Assembly (NCBI GenBank): GCA_964035545.1
Contig: OZ037772.1
Span: forward strand, 124,001 to 188,000
From: Bugula neritina
Lineage: Eukaryota; Animalia; Bryozoa
DNA length: 64,000 bases
Direction of reading: 5' to 3'
Shown: piece after piece, positions 1 to 14,322 of the stretch
Numbering within the stretch: position 1 is the stretch's first letter
Layout of the letters: each line of letters opens with the position of its first letter
Notes under the pieces: generated by a model
What the model saw: the letters and a program-made list of their open reading frames with translations, nothing else
Told to the model about the DNA's origin: nothing
Databases searched by the model: none
Translations under genes and position numbers: made by a program

Positions 1-3000
1 GTCTGTCCATTGTCTTACTCAAGGCCAGCTCTATTCTATAATTATCCACTATCTGTGTGCAGCTCTTCAAATATCCATATATTTCTAGCCTCAGGTTTGT
101 AGCTCTCTTTCTAATCTCTGCTATCTAATAAATAGTAACACAGCGTAACCACATCTGCACCTCACAACCTCTGCACTCGAAATGAAGGTGACAGATCACC
201 CACTGAGTGGACAATGACTCAGTCACGTGACACTCTATACACAGCAGAGAGCTAGTACATCACGTGACTAGTCTCCTCCTCCTGACACCTGTCAATCACT
301 CAGACAGCCAACCTCTCTGTGTGTGAGTGATTGACAGTTGCAGAAGGATGAGTGAGTCATCTGTACTGACAGGTTCCTCTGCACTGAGTAACGTGTGATG
401 AATGACTACTGCTACTTGTACACAGAATGATAATACTTCAATGGCCAGTTAATTCTAGTGACAAATGAAATTTATTTCTATTTACAACTCAAAGACCAAG
501 TGCAAATTCCAATTTCAGCCAACCAGAAATACATTAGAGGACATCACCATGTCAGCATACCTGAGCGTCAGCCACAGCGTTTACTCTGGCAACCATCTTC
601 TTCACTTCATCTTCTATTTTACTCAGTTCTTTCCAGGCATCCTTTGAGATGTCATTCAACTCTGCAACTTTCTCAGACAGAGTCTCTATTCCACCAGTCA
701 GACTTTCTCGTAACTCACAAGACAAATCACTCAAAGATGCCAAGTCATGGGATGCTACTGTCTCTTCTGTATACATAAAATCACACTATTCATAAAATCA
801 TTTTTAGATATGATATTGTACTTATCCTACACCTACTACCTGTACCTACAGGTTGGTGATGTATCACTATACACATACTATGTAATTACTAGACAGTTGG
901 TTGGACTAGAAATATTTCACAGGTTAGCTCATTAATCACTGCACTTGGAATAATATAATTGAAAAAATTAGAGCAGTGACTCCCAACCTTGGGGGATTCC
1001 CCTTGCAGGGAATTTGGGCTTTCCAGGGGTTTCATTTCTCAAAAATTCACACAGTTTACCAGCTCTTTGAGCTCTTGCCTTGTTTTCCAGGTTACATGTA
1101 TTATGTATAACTATAACTAAACTCAAGTTGTGGCAGACACTGGTCCATGTCAAACACAAAGTGCCTTTTCCTTTTCTACCCTAGCTGCTACCCCTCCTAT
1201 ACTATGAATAGAGGTTAAAAAGTTTCTTGAAAGTAAAAACCAACAGCAAGTTTTTGCAGTCAGTGGATCTCCATAAACTACTTATTGCATACCTAGTAGT
1301 TATATTTGCTGTACTAAAAACTCTGAACCTAAAATGAATGAGTATAATCATCAACTCACTGCTTTTAATAGCAGCATCAATGCTTTCAAAGCTGAACTGA
1401 AGTTGCGGCAGACACTGGCCGATGTCAAATACAAAGTGCTTTTTTCTACACTCAATGAATTATTAGGAAAACAACCTGTCCCAGATTTTCTTTATAAATG
1501 AAATTACAATTTTATCAAAGAGGCGGAAACTTATAAGAAAACATTTATAAAAAGGGGATGGTATAAAAAAGGTGGGACACCACTGAGTTAAAGCTATGCC
1601 TATACCATCTTATCAAGGAAACAAACACTTGAAGGATGAAGTATACTAAATATTCAACATAACAGTGAGAATATAAACTCCTGCACTATCCACTTCTGTC
1701 TCACACAAACCTTAATGCTGACAAACTGACTTCCTCTTTTACTGTTACATAACTCACTTTAATAATAAAATAATAAATAACAGGTTCTTGTAACATTTCT
1801 CAGCTTCTTTCTACAGAAATAGAAACAGCAAGTAAATACCTGTCTTATCCTTACAGCCAGTCCTCATATCACATCTCAAACAGAATATCTGGTGACACTT
1901 GGAACACACTTCTGTCAGCTGTTCCTGTTTATGATGTTCACATTCAGTTATAGTATATCTTTGGGGAGAAGCTCTGTAGACCTCAATGTCAATAAACTGA
2001 TGTCTATCTCCCATCAGCTCTCTGTGAGTCTGTATAATAAAGGTCAACAGTTTAGTTGGTTGTATTTTCACCAACAAGGCTGTCATAGTTGACTCACTGC
2101 ACTGTGAAACTGTGTGTTTAGTATAAAAAGTCACACAGACTCAACATTTCTTTTCAATAATATTCTACATACAAACCAGAACAGGTTTAGTAACCAATCT
2201 TGAGAAATTATATAAAAAAGACTCACTTCTTGATGCTGCTGACACAATTTCTTTTGACTCTCAAGACAGAACACAGCAGCTTCTGTTCCACCTTTACACA
2301 CATCGCAGGGAATGGGTGCAGGTTTGGGTGGAGACTTGTATTCTAAGGGGTCTCCATGCTGAGCTACTGGTAGTGTTGTGGGATCCGTGATGTCATAGTG
2401 ATCTTTCCTACAATATATAGCAATCAGTATGTTGCCTGTGTTAGCTGTGTTTAGTATATCTCAAGTAATGAAATACTCCATCCACACACACAGCTATGTC
2501 CTTGACAAATACTCATATAAATACTCACCACTCATCAACACAGGTTCATTATATTATAGACCAGAGGCTATCACATAAACACACTTGACTATATTATGTA
2601 CTTAATATGCTGGAAAATAGTCACTCATGACAAAGAACTGCTACTCAACAAATAGACTCAACTGTAACTTGTAGAGTAAAATGACAAGATAAATTACTAG
2701 TTAACTACTGAGTGGAGGCCATATTGTCAATAATTATTCACTATTGTTGCAAGTTTGTGCAATGCAACTAATTACTGAGGGGTGAATTCTGAAGAGTCAA
2801 TACTACAACATACTACAACTATTCCCTGCCACTCTAACTGCTAGGAGTGGCGCGAAACTGTCATTTCATCATCCTTGGCAATGTGTCAAGAGCTAGTGCA
2901 CTGTGAGTTCGTGTCACGTGTGAGTTGTCTATCTCGTGCAGCTAGCGTAAGAAGAGTGAGTCGTAGGATAAGTTGTAGTTAGTAATCCATTACTAGTAGG

Positions 3001-4560
3001 ATGATATATGCATGTATATATATTATAGTTATGTTATATTGTACAACTCACCACCAAATACAATTGTGATGGCCATCTAATAGTCAATCAAAATTTCAGC
3101 ACTGGATTTAACTAAATAGGTCACAGAATCACTGATTCCTGTCTAAGGGACTGACTACTAATTGTCATAAGACTTGCTCTTTAGTCAAATAGTTTCCCAG
3201 TGACTGCTTGGCCTTAATTTCAATGGCTATTATGCTTTGGCAGACCGGATGTTCGCCGAATTTTGAACAGCTAGTGGTAATAGTAGCAGCTGCTAGACTC
3301 CAGAGCTATGAGTCTATCGCATTAGAACTAAAGCTATTGAGCAAACTGCCATTATAAAAGTACCTCTCTCAACATTATATTAAAATAATATAATTCTACT
3401 CCTTACAGATTACACATAACCATGGACAATAACCAGACACTCCACTCTCACTACACAATCACTACATACTAGTAAACTGTACTTTGTGCCACAGCAACTC
3501 TGTTGTCATGACAACATCATACATGTTTCTAATCACAGGAAAGAAGATAGTAAACACAAGTCAATTCAACACAGTGGTTCCCAACCTGGGAGAATCCCCC
3601 TATAAGAGGGAATTTGGGCTTTTTAGGGGGAGCCTGGATTTCGATTTTGAAAATTTCAAGCAGTTTGTTAAAGACTTTTGAGCTCTTGCAAGTTACATGT
3701 ACATGTATATCTATAAGCATTCATCTTAGCTCATCTATTTAACCAGTTCTGCCATCTCAGTCTACTTCTACATGAATGTGTTTTAATTACAATATTGGGG
3801 TTGGGGTTTAAGGGTTGGGGTGGGAGGTTGGAAAGCAAGCTGATACAATGTCATCAGCTGCAGCCATAATATTAATAATTGAACTGCTCTGTGTTTTATA
3901 CATGCATAATATAATTATCAGAAATAACTATATTATATTCAAATGTAATAGGAAAAATATTGCATAGTAATCTATATTATCATTATGTCAGTCATAAATT
4001 TTTTCGTTTTTTAAAGGGGGGATAATTAATAGTAAACATGTATGAAAGTGGGGATGATATGAAAAAGGTTGGTCTAACAAGTCTTGTACTGTATGAGAAC
4101 AAAATAATATAATGAGGAGACAACCCCAATCCCATGACATCCAACAGCACCACAATTCAACAAGAGAGGACAGCTGATGGTGCAATCTACATAACAGTTA
4201 CTTTCTCTACCTAATGAGAAGATATCCACACACTCCACAAGTTAGTAACCAGAGTTCACATAGAATATACAGTATTGTTTGCTTTTCATAGACACAGATC
4301 AGACAACTCATAGATGATAGTGAGATAATCATATGCAAGCCTATGACATGATATATTGTGTTATGTACTGTAACTCACCTACAATAAGCACATCTAATAT
4401 GATCCTTCCTACCACCGATGTCAGTCTTCAAACATCTCATGCAGTACACATGTAGACAGGGCAGAGTTCTGGGATCTTCAAGTTTGTTGAAGTACTGCGA
4501 GCAGTACCCACAGCGATACGAATTGTTTAGTCTTCTTTTCACAACTCTGGATTCTGCCAT
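1..4560 (-). CDS. TRIM-like E3 ligase, copy A (RING, 2 B-boxes, coiled coil); 3' part lies left of the window. Exons 4379-4560, 2227-2407, 1840-2029, 561-766, <1-124
   Basis: C3HC4 RING (CGYC...PCLHVYCMRC...CAYC), B-box motifs CDVC...C..H and CEHH...CSKC...C..C, helical exons. GT-AG sites with consistent phases 2,0,1,0 and no stops in the spliced frame. Confidence 0.85.
974..1585 (+). mobile_element. hAT (Buster/Charlie-like) relic in a TRIM intron
   Basis: CAGTG...CACTG termini, near-perfect 8-bp TSD with central TA, residual INAFKAELKLW peptide. Paralog at 44244-44871. Confidence 0.65.
3572..4078 (+). mobile_element. Related hAT relic (paralog at ~48502-49009)
   Basis: Begins CAGTGGTTCCCAACC and shares both end regions with 974-1585. 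Confidence 0.55.
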
Positions 4561-6049
4561 TTTGGTTATATAATAAGGTAATCCTGTAAAAGATACACAT
4601 ACTCTTAGCATAATATTTTACACTACATCTGTGAAGGTTTCCCAACCAAAGACTGGCCTATTAAGTTCTAAGTCATAACCAGACCATCAATATGAAGAGG
4701 AGAAGTGAAACATGAATACCAGTGAGTTATGTATTAATTTCATGAACAAACAGCAGAATTGGGCTCAGCTGCTTATGTAAGCTGGAGACTTCATGAACTC
4801 CCAATAATAATGTGTTTCTAACTGAGTATTTTGACACACTACTGGGACAGAGTCTACACCTGAGCATAGGATAGACTTTGTTTCTTCCCAGGGTGTACTT
4901 TGAACTATTACATAGCAAGGAGTGTATAGCATGAGTGAGAAACTAACCAGGGGGAACATAGCAGTGTGAGAAAACATAGTTCTATGAAATATTTTGTGCT
5001 GGGTGTTGGAAATTCTTTGTTTCCTTGATAATCTACATGACAAAACTCATTTTAACATTTCTGCAGTGTTAGTGATGCATGATTTAATATGTTACTTAGA
5101 GTCACCCTTCCATCTGTCAGGAAACATGCCATCAATTGCTAGTTAGCTATTCTAATCATCTAATAGAAACTATGGTGGTGTGAAACAAACTAATTTAACA
5201 TGTTTGTGCTTCTGTTAGGTCAGGTGTAGTTGTTTCATGAGTTGGCAGCTTCTACACTCATCTCTAGCCAATTATTTATTCTACACTCTTACCTAGCAAA
5301 TGATTTATTAACACTAACCTCATATTTTATGTCTACAACATCATAGAAATGCGGCTAACCTTATATTCTCAGTAATCTATAGAATAGTCAATTCCAATTA
5401 TGTAACTTTAATTTTAATACCTATCATGTAACTATGTTAGTTTTTTAAATGATATAAATTTAGAGGTAAAGATAGCAGCAACTAGTGTTGTTACATAAAT
5501 TAGAGCAGTGCAGTACATGTTAGTTGTATAATCAAAGCTGAGTAAAATAATATAAGCCAACTAAATATGCTATTCACAATGAATACAGAAGGGCAGTGCA
5601 TTGGAATGTGCAGGGTATGACAATGTCTCACATGCAGTGATCACTATGCACTGTCATTAATAACTGACTATTGCCAGTGGTAAGATATTCATATTCTGAT
5701 ATTCAAATCGAGTAAGCGTAACATTAATTTAAAAACTTGCAATTATAATTATAATTATTATTATAATTATAATGATGATAATGCTATTCAGTGTTACAAT
5801 CATAAATTCACAAAGTAAAGATAAGTGACTCACTGGTTATAAATAATAATATTAATAAACCTACTATAAGTATAACTTGTTAAGATAATCATTTTAAATA
5901 AACTTAATGATGATGGTAGCGAGCGTGGTATTAAAACCGATTGCAACACTGAATCTAATTCTAATAGTTTTAGTAATGTAGTAAATGTAATACTTATACT
6001 GATTGCCGACTATTGATAAACTAAGTCTATAAATGTTATACTAACCCCG

Positions 6050-6190
6050 AGTTATCAGTGTGTAGTCCTCTTCAGTCAACGTGTGAATGACTGTGTTCAA
6101 TGACGTTATAATGTTACAACGGAAGGGGCGTGTATTTGTTGAGTCACGTGACATACAATAACCAGTTACGCTTGGCTTAGGGAACTGCAT
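6050..6190. promoter_or_regulatory. Candidate promoter upstream of TRIM copy A
   Basis: CGGAAG, GGGGCGTG and GTCACGTGAC (6143-6152) clustered in a CpG-enriched patch. Confidence 0.35.
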
Positions 6191-7082
6191 AGACATTTGG
6201 TATATGAATATAATATCATTATCATTATTTACATCATGATATTATTATATTCATATAACAACTGTCATCGCTTTTGCTTAATTTCAGCACTGAATGCTGA
6301 TTGCAGATTGTGTTCTGAATTGTGAAATATAGTTTCTCTATTTTCCAGTTATGTAACAATACTTTGTTACAAGAGATTTATTCAAGTATAATATTCTGCA
6401 TGTTTCTAGATATGTAGTTATTATTGTATATTTAGTTATACTTCTTGTAGATATTCAAATAACTACCAGAGAGGCCTTATTCCTGTTCTGTTACTTGACA
6501 TGTGTTAACAATAATTGTCTTTGTATTGTATTAAAACTATTGTATATATCTAAAGAGAGCTCATAAAGACTGGGGAAGCTTCAGAGAACCTTTAAAACAA
6601 ACTGAACTACACAGAGAGCAGCTCTGATTGAGACAACCAAGTTAATTGGTGTTGAGTGACTCTCTTTCTGATATACCAACTCTTTAGAGAATTATTTATA
6701 TTCTAATACTAGAAAGTTAGAGTTTCTATAACAAAGTATCTAACTGCTGGGTCAACTATTCCATACTTATTAGTCAGCCTAGCCTCAGCTGTGCCAGTGT
6801 TCCTACAGCATGTGGTGTATAGTGTAGTTGTATGTGTGGGCTGTGGGGTGACCCACCCTAACTCTAGTAGAGATAGTCAAGTCATGTGATATAACTTCAG
6901 GCTACATTATATCACATGAGAATGTTTATCTCAAGTATTATATTTATATTAAACACTCCTTAGGGATAAGAAATGTCAAGTTACTAATGATATTTGTATA
7001 GTACTTGAAGTAACAAACTTTATAGATAACAATTTTTCAATTAGAGTGCCATAGTGTTCCTACAGCATGTGATGTAGTGTAG

Positions 7083-8119
7083 TTGATTTTAGGTAATAAT
7101 GGCAGAGGGAAAATGGCACAGGTAATAATGGCACAAGTAATAATGGCACAGGTAAAATGGCACAGGTATAAAATGGCACAAATAAAATGGCACGCAGGTA
7201 GAATGGCACGCAGGTAATAATGGTTCTGGTATCAAGGGCACAAATGGAAAAAGCCTAGCAGGAAAAAATGGCTTACTGGTGTTTATAAGTTTTCTTAAAC
7301 TCCAAACTCAAACCCTCAACTCTAACCCCTTATTCACACTTACCGTACGGTAAAAATAAAATTGCCCTGCTGTTACGTTTGGTCGACACGCGTCACACAC
7401 TGAGAAAAGTACAACGCATGACGTTGAGCTATGACCAATCATAATAAGGCTAATTCTTGTCTGCGGTTACTTGTACTCCTTTGAATATTATTCACAAATT
7501 ATTGCAACATTATTTTCAAAAAATGTGATAATAATGTTCTTGACTAGATAAACGCATAATTTAAAAAAAGAAACCTCTCCTTTAAATATATGTGTCTATT
7601 ATATATATAATTGTGCAAACTAATTTGAATAATAAAAATATTTAAGCTGTCCAATTAATTTTTACATTGTTGGTTTGCATACTTTAGTAATTAGTGAAAT
7701 CTACATTTTTAAGCTGAATTTAATTCAAGCAAGGGGAAAAAGATATTTTAATCCTTTGAAACTTTTGAATTTATTAAATTAAATCAACAATAAGCGATTA
7801 AAACAAACCAGCGGAAAGGACTTTTTAAATTTTATAGTACCATATCAACTCTGCCTGGTGTGATTTTTTGAGCCAAGCAGTGCTTGATTAACGCTGCAAC
7901 TTATACCAGGAATGGCTGAAATTTGCTGTTATGGCGTACAATACGTTAAGCGTAATTAGGAGGGTAAACCACAAACTCAAAACCCAAACCCCAAACTAAG
8001 AACCTCATTCTCAAACCTTAACTCCTTCCTAACTACTTAACCTGCCTCAAACCTTAATATTGAAAATGTGCTATATAGTTTTACCTATTTTGCCAATTGT
8101 ACCATTATCACCTGACACC
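7083..8119. mobile_element. Insertion with AATGGCACAGGT repeats and AACCC tracts, containing a nested TIR element (~7325-7967)
   Basis: Interrupts one unit of a local triplication and is flanked by AGTGTAG direct repeats (7076-7082, 8120-8126). The nested element's right end recurs at ~28300-28420. Confidence 0.6.
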
Positions 8120-8763
8120 AGTGTAGATATGTGTGGGCTGTCAGGTGACCCACCCTAACTCTAGTAGAGATAGTCAAGTCATATGATGTAACTTCAGGTT
8201 ACATTATATCACATGAGAATGTTTATCTCAAGTATTATATTTATGTTAAACACCCCTTAATGATAACAAATGTCAAGCTAATAATAATATTTGTATAGTA
8301 CTTTAAGTAACAAACTTTAGATAACAGTTTTTCAGTTAGAGCTCTTCTGCAGATAAAAAATTTCCATCACGAAGAACTGGACTGTAAATTTCATTGTAAA
8401 TATTCCATTGCAGTCACATATAAACCTAGTATTGTATAGTTATAATAGTTTTATTAACATGTTTTAAAATGCAAGCAACTAACTTTCAACAAAAATAATT
8501 TAAGACTTCAAGTGAACTGATAAACTATGTTATTATACATCTGATCAGCCATCATTCTTCTCATTCTGTCATTTAGTGAACTGTCTGAGAAGTAGCAGTG
8601 GTCATGTGACCATCTTGCAGGTGGTTACAATTACTATACTATACTAATGGAGTATAGTATATTATTATGTACAATATTTGAATTGTGTTAAGTGTAAAGT
8701 AACACTATAGAGTGACCATTAAATTTTAGGTCACTGGCATACTAATATACCAACTATTTACAG

Positions 8764-9187
8764 CAGGGCTTTTCAACAGGCGGCCCAGGCCGGATGTGGC
8801 CCCCAGCCTACATTTATGTGGCTCCCAGCCTACATTTATGTGGCTCCCAGCCCACATTTATGTGGCTCCCAGCCTACATTTAAGTGGCCCCCAGCCTACA
8901 TTTATATGTGGCCCTCAAAGGCAAAAAACTAAAACAATATTTCACATGTATACTTGGATTAGAGTGAGAAGCTATCTTTCTAATGTCTTACTTATACACA
9001 TGCTATAAAACAGTAACTATTGGAACTTTATTGTGTAGTGATTTATAGGAATTTGGAATAAAGTAAATTTAAACATACTGATGCTGTGGCCATCAGAGCA
9101 AGCCAACGTGTCCAATGTGGCCTTCGTCATGAAGTATTAATTGCTTTCATGCAGTGGCCCTCGCTCTGAAAAGGTTGGACACTCTTG
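8764..9187. mobile_element. hAT/Charlie-like MITE with an internal 22-bp repeat
   Basis: CAGGGCTTTTCAAC...GTTGGACACTCTTG termini with GGCCC motifs; TSD not evident. Confidence 0.55.
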
Positions 9188-10560
9188 CTTTTATTTCTAC
9201 TACTAGAAAGTTAGAGTCTCTATACCAAAGTATCTAACTGCTGGTTCAACTACTCCATACTTATTATTCAGCCTAGCCTCAGCTGTGCCAGTGTTCCTAC
9301 AGTATGTGTTGTAGTGTATGGATATGTGTGGGCTGTCAGGTGACCCACCCTAACTATAGAAGAGATAGTCAAGTCATATGATATAACTTTAGGTTGCATT
9401 ATATCACATGAGAATGTTTATCTCAAGTATTATATTTATATTAAACACTCCTTAATGATAAGAAATGTCAAGCTAATAATAATATTTGTATAGTACTTGA
9501 AGTAACAAACTTTAGATAACAGTTTTTCAACTAGAGCTCTTCTGCAGATAAAAATTTTCCATCACGAAGAACTGGACTGTAAATTCTTCCAACAAACTCA
9601 CCAAGAGCAAAATCTACCGTAACTATTATTGACACTGTCTATGATTTAATGTGTACTCCGCATAATCCCACAGTCGTATGTAAACCTAGTATTGTATAGG
9701 TACACCCAAATTAGTCTTATAGGAACAATTTATAAAATAGCCTACATGCAAGTAACTTTTAATCAATAAAATTAAGGATAAGTAAATTGATAACATAAGC
9801 TATGTAATATTATTGGTACGTGTCTTACCAATTCTTTTCCTGTTGTAGAGAAGGGTCAATTGTTCCCCTACACAAGCATTTGTGGATGTCATCAGTATCA
9901 GTATAAGATTACTTTATCAACAGGGAGACCTGTCAAATACAGTAGCACCTGGAGACAACAAGAGAAGATAATTTCCTTGTTATTAAAACTGTGATAAGCA
10001 GTTATAAACCAGGCAGCAGCAAACAAGTACTTAATGATGAACTAATCAGTTTACAACCAATAACTAACAGTGTAAATTATTGTCAACCTTAGACTAATAA
10101 TAAAAGTGATGAACAATTGTTTTATTATGTAAAACACATCCAATCAGAGGTGTGTATCAATTCAACAATGTCATCATTATAAGCTGTACAAATTCTGCAT
10201 GTTCAAGTGTAAAATACTTGCTTTTAAGAAGCTGTGCTATTTTTATAGGACACATTATTTTGTTTCATATTTTAAATTCTTGAGTTTAAAGTTCATTTTT
10301 AAAATGTTAAATTAATTAAATATGCATGTCTGCATGTAAGAATATAGACTAGTAGAGTTTCACCACAGCCCAGCTGTTGCTACATAATATACTTTATATT
10401 ATATTATTTGACTGACATGGTGGTGAATGAGTTGGTTTTTTTGCAGTTCACTAACTGTGAGTCACTAAAGTTGGCACAGGATTATGATTGGCTGTACTTT
10501 ACAGGAACACGCAGTTCATACTTGCATCTGATTGGATTAATAAATCATACTCCAGTCTAT

Positions 10561-11380
10561 GTATAACATTAAACACTGTATAACATAGTATACTGTATGA
10601 CATAATATACTGTATGACATAGTATACTGTATGACATAATATACTGTATGACATAGTATACTGTATGACATATTATACTGTATAACATAGTATACTGTAT
10701 AACATAGTATACTGTATAACATAATATACTGTATAACATAATATACTGTGTGACATAATATAACATAGTATACTGTATAACATAGTATACTGTATAACAT
10801 AATATACTGTATAACATAATATACTGTGTGACATAATATAACATTATACACTGTATAACATAGTATACTGTATGACATAGTATACTGTATGACATAGTAT
10901 ACTGTATAACATAGTATACTGTATAACATACTATACTGTATAACATAATATACTGTGTGACATAATATAACATAGTATACTGTATAACATAGTATACTGT
11001 ATAACATAATATACTGTATAACATAATATACTGTATAACATAATATACTGTATAACATAGTATACTGTAAGAAATAATATACTGTATGACATAGTATACT
11101 GTATAACATAGTATACTGTATAACATAATATACTGTATAACATAAGATACTGTATACCATAATATACTGTATAACATAATATACTGTATAACATGATATA
11201 CTGTATCACATAATATATTGTATAACATAGTATACTGTATGACATAATATACTGTATAACATAGTATACTGTATAACATAATATAATGTATAACATAATA
11301 TACTGTATAACATAATATACTGTATAACATAGTATACTGTATAACATACTATACTGTATAGCATATAGCATACTGTATAA
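10561..11380. repeat. 17-bp minisatellite (ACATAGTATACTGTATA)
   Basis: Tandem array; source of the spurious YSILCYTV ORFs. Confidence 0.97.
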
Positions 11381-11643
11381 CGTTTCACCAACATGATATG
11401 CTTTATAATGTATATCACTACATGTCTACATGTTGTATGTGTAATTTAACTTTTATATTCAACTGACATGCTGGTTTGAGAAATAAATTTACAGTAAAAC
11501 TTATTAAATTACTTCAAATAAACAGGTGTTAGTATAAATAGAATGATTATCCTGAAAGAGTAATAATAATATACTATATGTATTATTGTAGTATATTCAA
11601 ATTATTGACATTGGAGTTCATGATGACTGAGTTCCTCTCTGGG

Positions 11644-11648
<5 letters not shown>

Positions 11649-11719
<71 letters not shown>

Positions 11720-11747
11720 CTCAATCTCAATATATATATATATATAT
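11649..11747. repeat. (TA)n microsatellite
   Basis: Direct reading. Confidence 0.95.
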
Positions 11748-11910
11748 TGTTGAGTTGTGTGCTGTTGGTTTTATCTGCATGTAGGAAAGAGGCTTTATGG
11801 TTGTTGAGTCTGGCTTTGAAGGTAGTTGAACAGAGTCCTATGTATGATTGGCTGGAGTTACTGTCATGTCTTGTCACAGTTGCTTGGTATATTAAGTCTT
11901 TGCAAACCTT
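11748..11910 (-). mobile_element. Shorter paralog of the Penelope GIY-YIG fragment, cut at a (TA)n tract
   Basis: Near-identical to ~54968-55125. Confidence 0.75.
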
Positions 11911-12942
11911 ATTATATATTAATAACTTAATGCCATTTGCTTATATACTTCATAGCAGCCAAAGTAAAATTTAAAATATTGATATGGTCAACACAGTTGG
12001 AACTAAGTGACTAAAACATATGTTACACTCCATTTTAAACTAACAATGTCTAATTTCAGGATGAATAGGTTAAATAATCAAATCTGAAAACTGCAGCTTA
12101 TCAGAAATCTGTGACCAATTTTATTACTATAATAATTTTGATGATGAAATTTACAAGCTGACAAATAAGTTGTGTAGTGCTGTATGGTAAAATATATTTT
12201 GCAATATCAGAGAAATGATTGGATTAAATGAATTTAAAAATGTACCACCAACAGAATTACTAAATTAACAACAGTTTCTAAATATATAAAGTCATAGGGA
12301 GGGGCTTTACACCCTCCCTACCTCATTCTAGAATCACTACTCACAATCTCAGGTTATGGTGGAATAATTAAAAAACAGCATAAACCATATAGCTAAACTT
12401 CTTCAAATTTATATGTACAAAAATCACCATCACTGCCTCAGAAGTCTGGGATAAATTTATTTAGAGTAATCAAATATTTCATTTAAAAATTAGGTTATAT
12501 AAGAATCAGACTGCTGGTCTCAGCCAACCAAACATTGATTGCATTCTCTGATTGGCCACTAATTCTCTAATCAGGGACAGTTTTAATAAATCAGACAAAT
12601 AACACTGTTGTTAGATATGAGTCTATGAAAAGCAGACTTCTCCAAGCTGAACCCCAAACTCTTTGTGGGTGGTCCCGATGTCACCAGGAGCAATGTCAAT
12701 AATAGGCAAGTGGGTGGCGGTCTTGGTGTCAATCTCAATCACTGTCTGAGCTTCTGATAGTATTTGGAATACTACAAAATAGCAGAGGGCAAACTCAAAA
12801 CTCTAAACTTGCACAGAAATCAAAGTGCTTTTGGGTTGAACTCATTAGTAGTTGTTAAAAAGCCTCAAAGGCAAGCTATATTGTATATCAATACAAAAAG
12901 ATAGAAAAAAAGATGCAACTATCGCAATCATGTTCATATGCA

Positions 12943-13198
12943 GGTAGAATTTACACTATATAGGTCAGGTTTACATTATATAGGTCAGATTTACACTGTA
13001 TAGGTCAGATTTACACCATATAGGTCAGGTTTACATTATATAGGTCAGATTTACACTGTATAGGTCAGATTTACACCATATAGGTCAGATTTACATTATA
13101 TAGGTCAGATTTACAGTATATAGGTCAGATTTACAGTATATAGGTCTGATTTACAGTATATAGGTCTGATTTACGCTATATAGGTCAGATTTACATAC
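12943..13198. repeat. 20-bp minisatellite (TATAGGTCAGATTTACACTA); paralog at 56147-56402
   Basis: Tandem array abutting a collagen donor site. Confidence 0.95.
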
Positions 13199-13647
13199 CT
13201 TGCAATCATTCTGCAGCACTGAAGATTGAAACCTGCTATCTGTCGCTGTGTATTTTTTTCACCAGCTGTATATAAAATGACTGACTTATTCTTCCTACCG
13301 AATGCATCTTCTACCGCCACTGAGTTTATACATCTACAATCGACAAAAGGAATAGTCATGCCAACAACTCGCTCAGCTTAAAAAGGCCTGTGATTGTTCA
13401 GATTATCAAATGACTTGCAACATAGTAGAGGACTACTATTTGGTGATTGGCAACTAGCAACTGGTGACTAGTGAATACTGACTAGTGACTATTTGATAAG
13501 CTGCTGTGGTAAACAGCATGGTAAAAATGATCCATGAAAACCAGTCAGAGTAACTATCATACATAGTAATCCTGCCAGTTGAAGTAACAAGCACTGCTGG
13601 GATTCAATATGATTACTTAGCCTACACCCTGCCTTAGTGCAGACTAG

Positions 13648-13791
13648 CTGCGAGGAGAACCCCAGCATATAGCATAAGTGTGAGGGAAAGCCCAGGATAT
13701 AGCATAAGTGTGAGGGAAATCCCAGCATACAGCATAGGTGTGAGGGGAATTCCAGCATATATAATAGCTGTGAGGGAAACCCCAGCATATT
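13648..13791. repeat. 30-bp minisatellite; paralog at 58594-58828
   Basis: TGTGAGGGAAACCCCAGCATATAGCATA.. units. Confidence 0.9.
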
Positions 13792-14107
13792 ATAGAATAC
13801 CTAAAAAGAACAGAAATACACAAGCAAGGGTGAGTAACTCCTCATTTTTACCTACAGGACCTTGATCTCCTTGTTTACCCTGATATCCGATCTCAACAGG
13901 TCCAGGTACTCCGTCTCTACCTGTAAGCACTCATTGATAGCATCACAACAGGTGCAACTAGTTTTCAACTTGATTTCTATGTTACTATAATAAACAGTGT
14001 GACTGGTCACTATAGAATAGCTAGAAATCAGCTCGCTAAATAAATGTCATATTATAGGAGAGAATAGAGACGTCATGACGACATGATGCAAGGTAGTTAT
14101 AAGTTCG

Positions 14108-14322
14108 TAGTAAGTTTTGTCTGTCTACACCCCTATGTAGTTTAGTCTGTCTACACCCCTATGTAGTTTAGTCTGTCTACACCCCTGTGTAGTTTAGTCT
14201 GTTTACACCAAAATATAGTTTAGTCAGTCTACACCCCTGTGTAGTTTAGTCTGTTTACACGTCTGTGTTGCTTGGTTTGTCTACACCCCTGTCTAGTTTA
14301 GTTTGTCTACACCCCTGTGTAG
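14108..14322. repeat. 26-bp minisatellite; paralog at 59140-59303
   Basis: TAGTTTAGTCTGTCTACACCCCTGTG units. Confidence 0.9.

Larger units (their letters stand above)
6700..9585. repeat. Local triplication of a ~350-bp unit (~6700-7045; 7046-7082 plus 8120-8390; ~9195-9585)
   Basis: Repeated GGTGACCCACCCTAACT...AGAGATAGTCAAGTCAT...CACATGAGAATGTTTATCTCAAG. Confidence 0.85.

Noticed and set aside
10537-11418. Long Tyr/Ile/Cys-rich ORFs (also 53181-54594, 30243-30836, 18725-18916)
   Set aside because: Translations of stop-poor tandem repeats, open in several frames at once.
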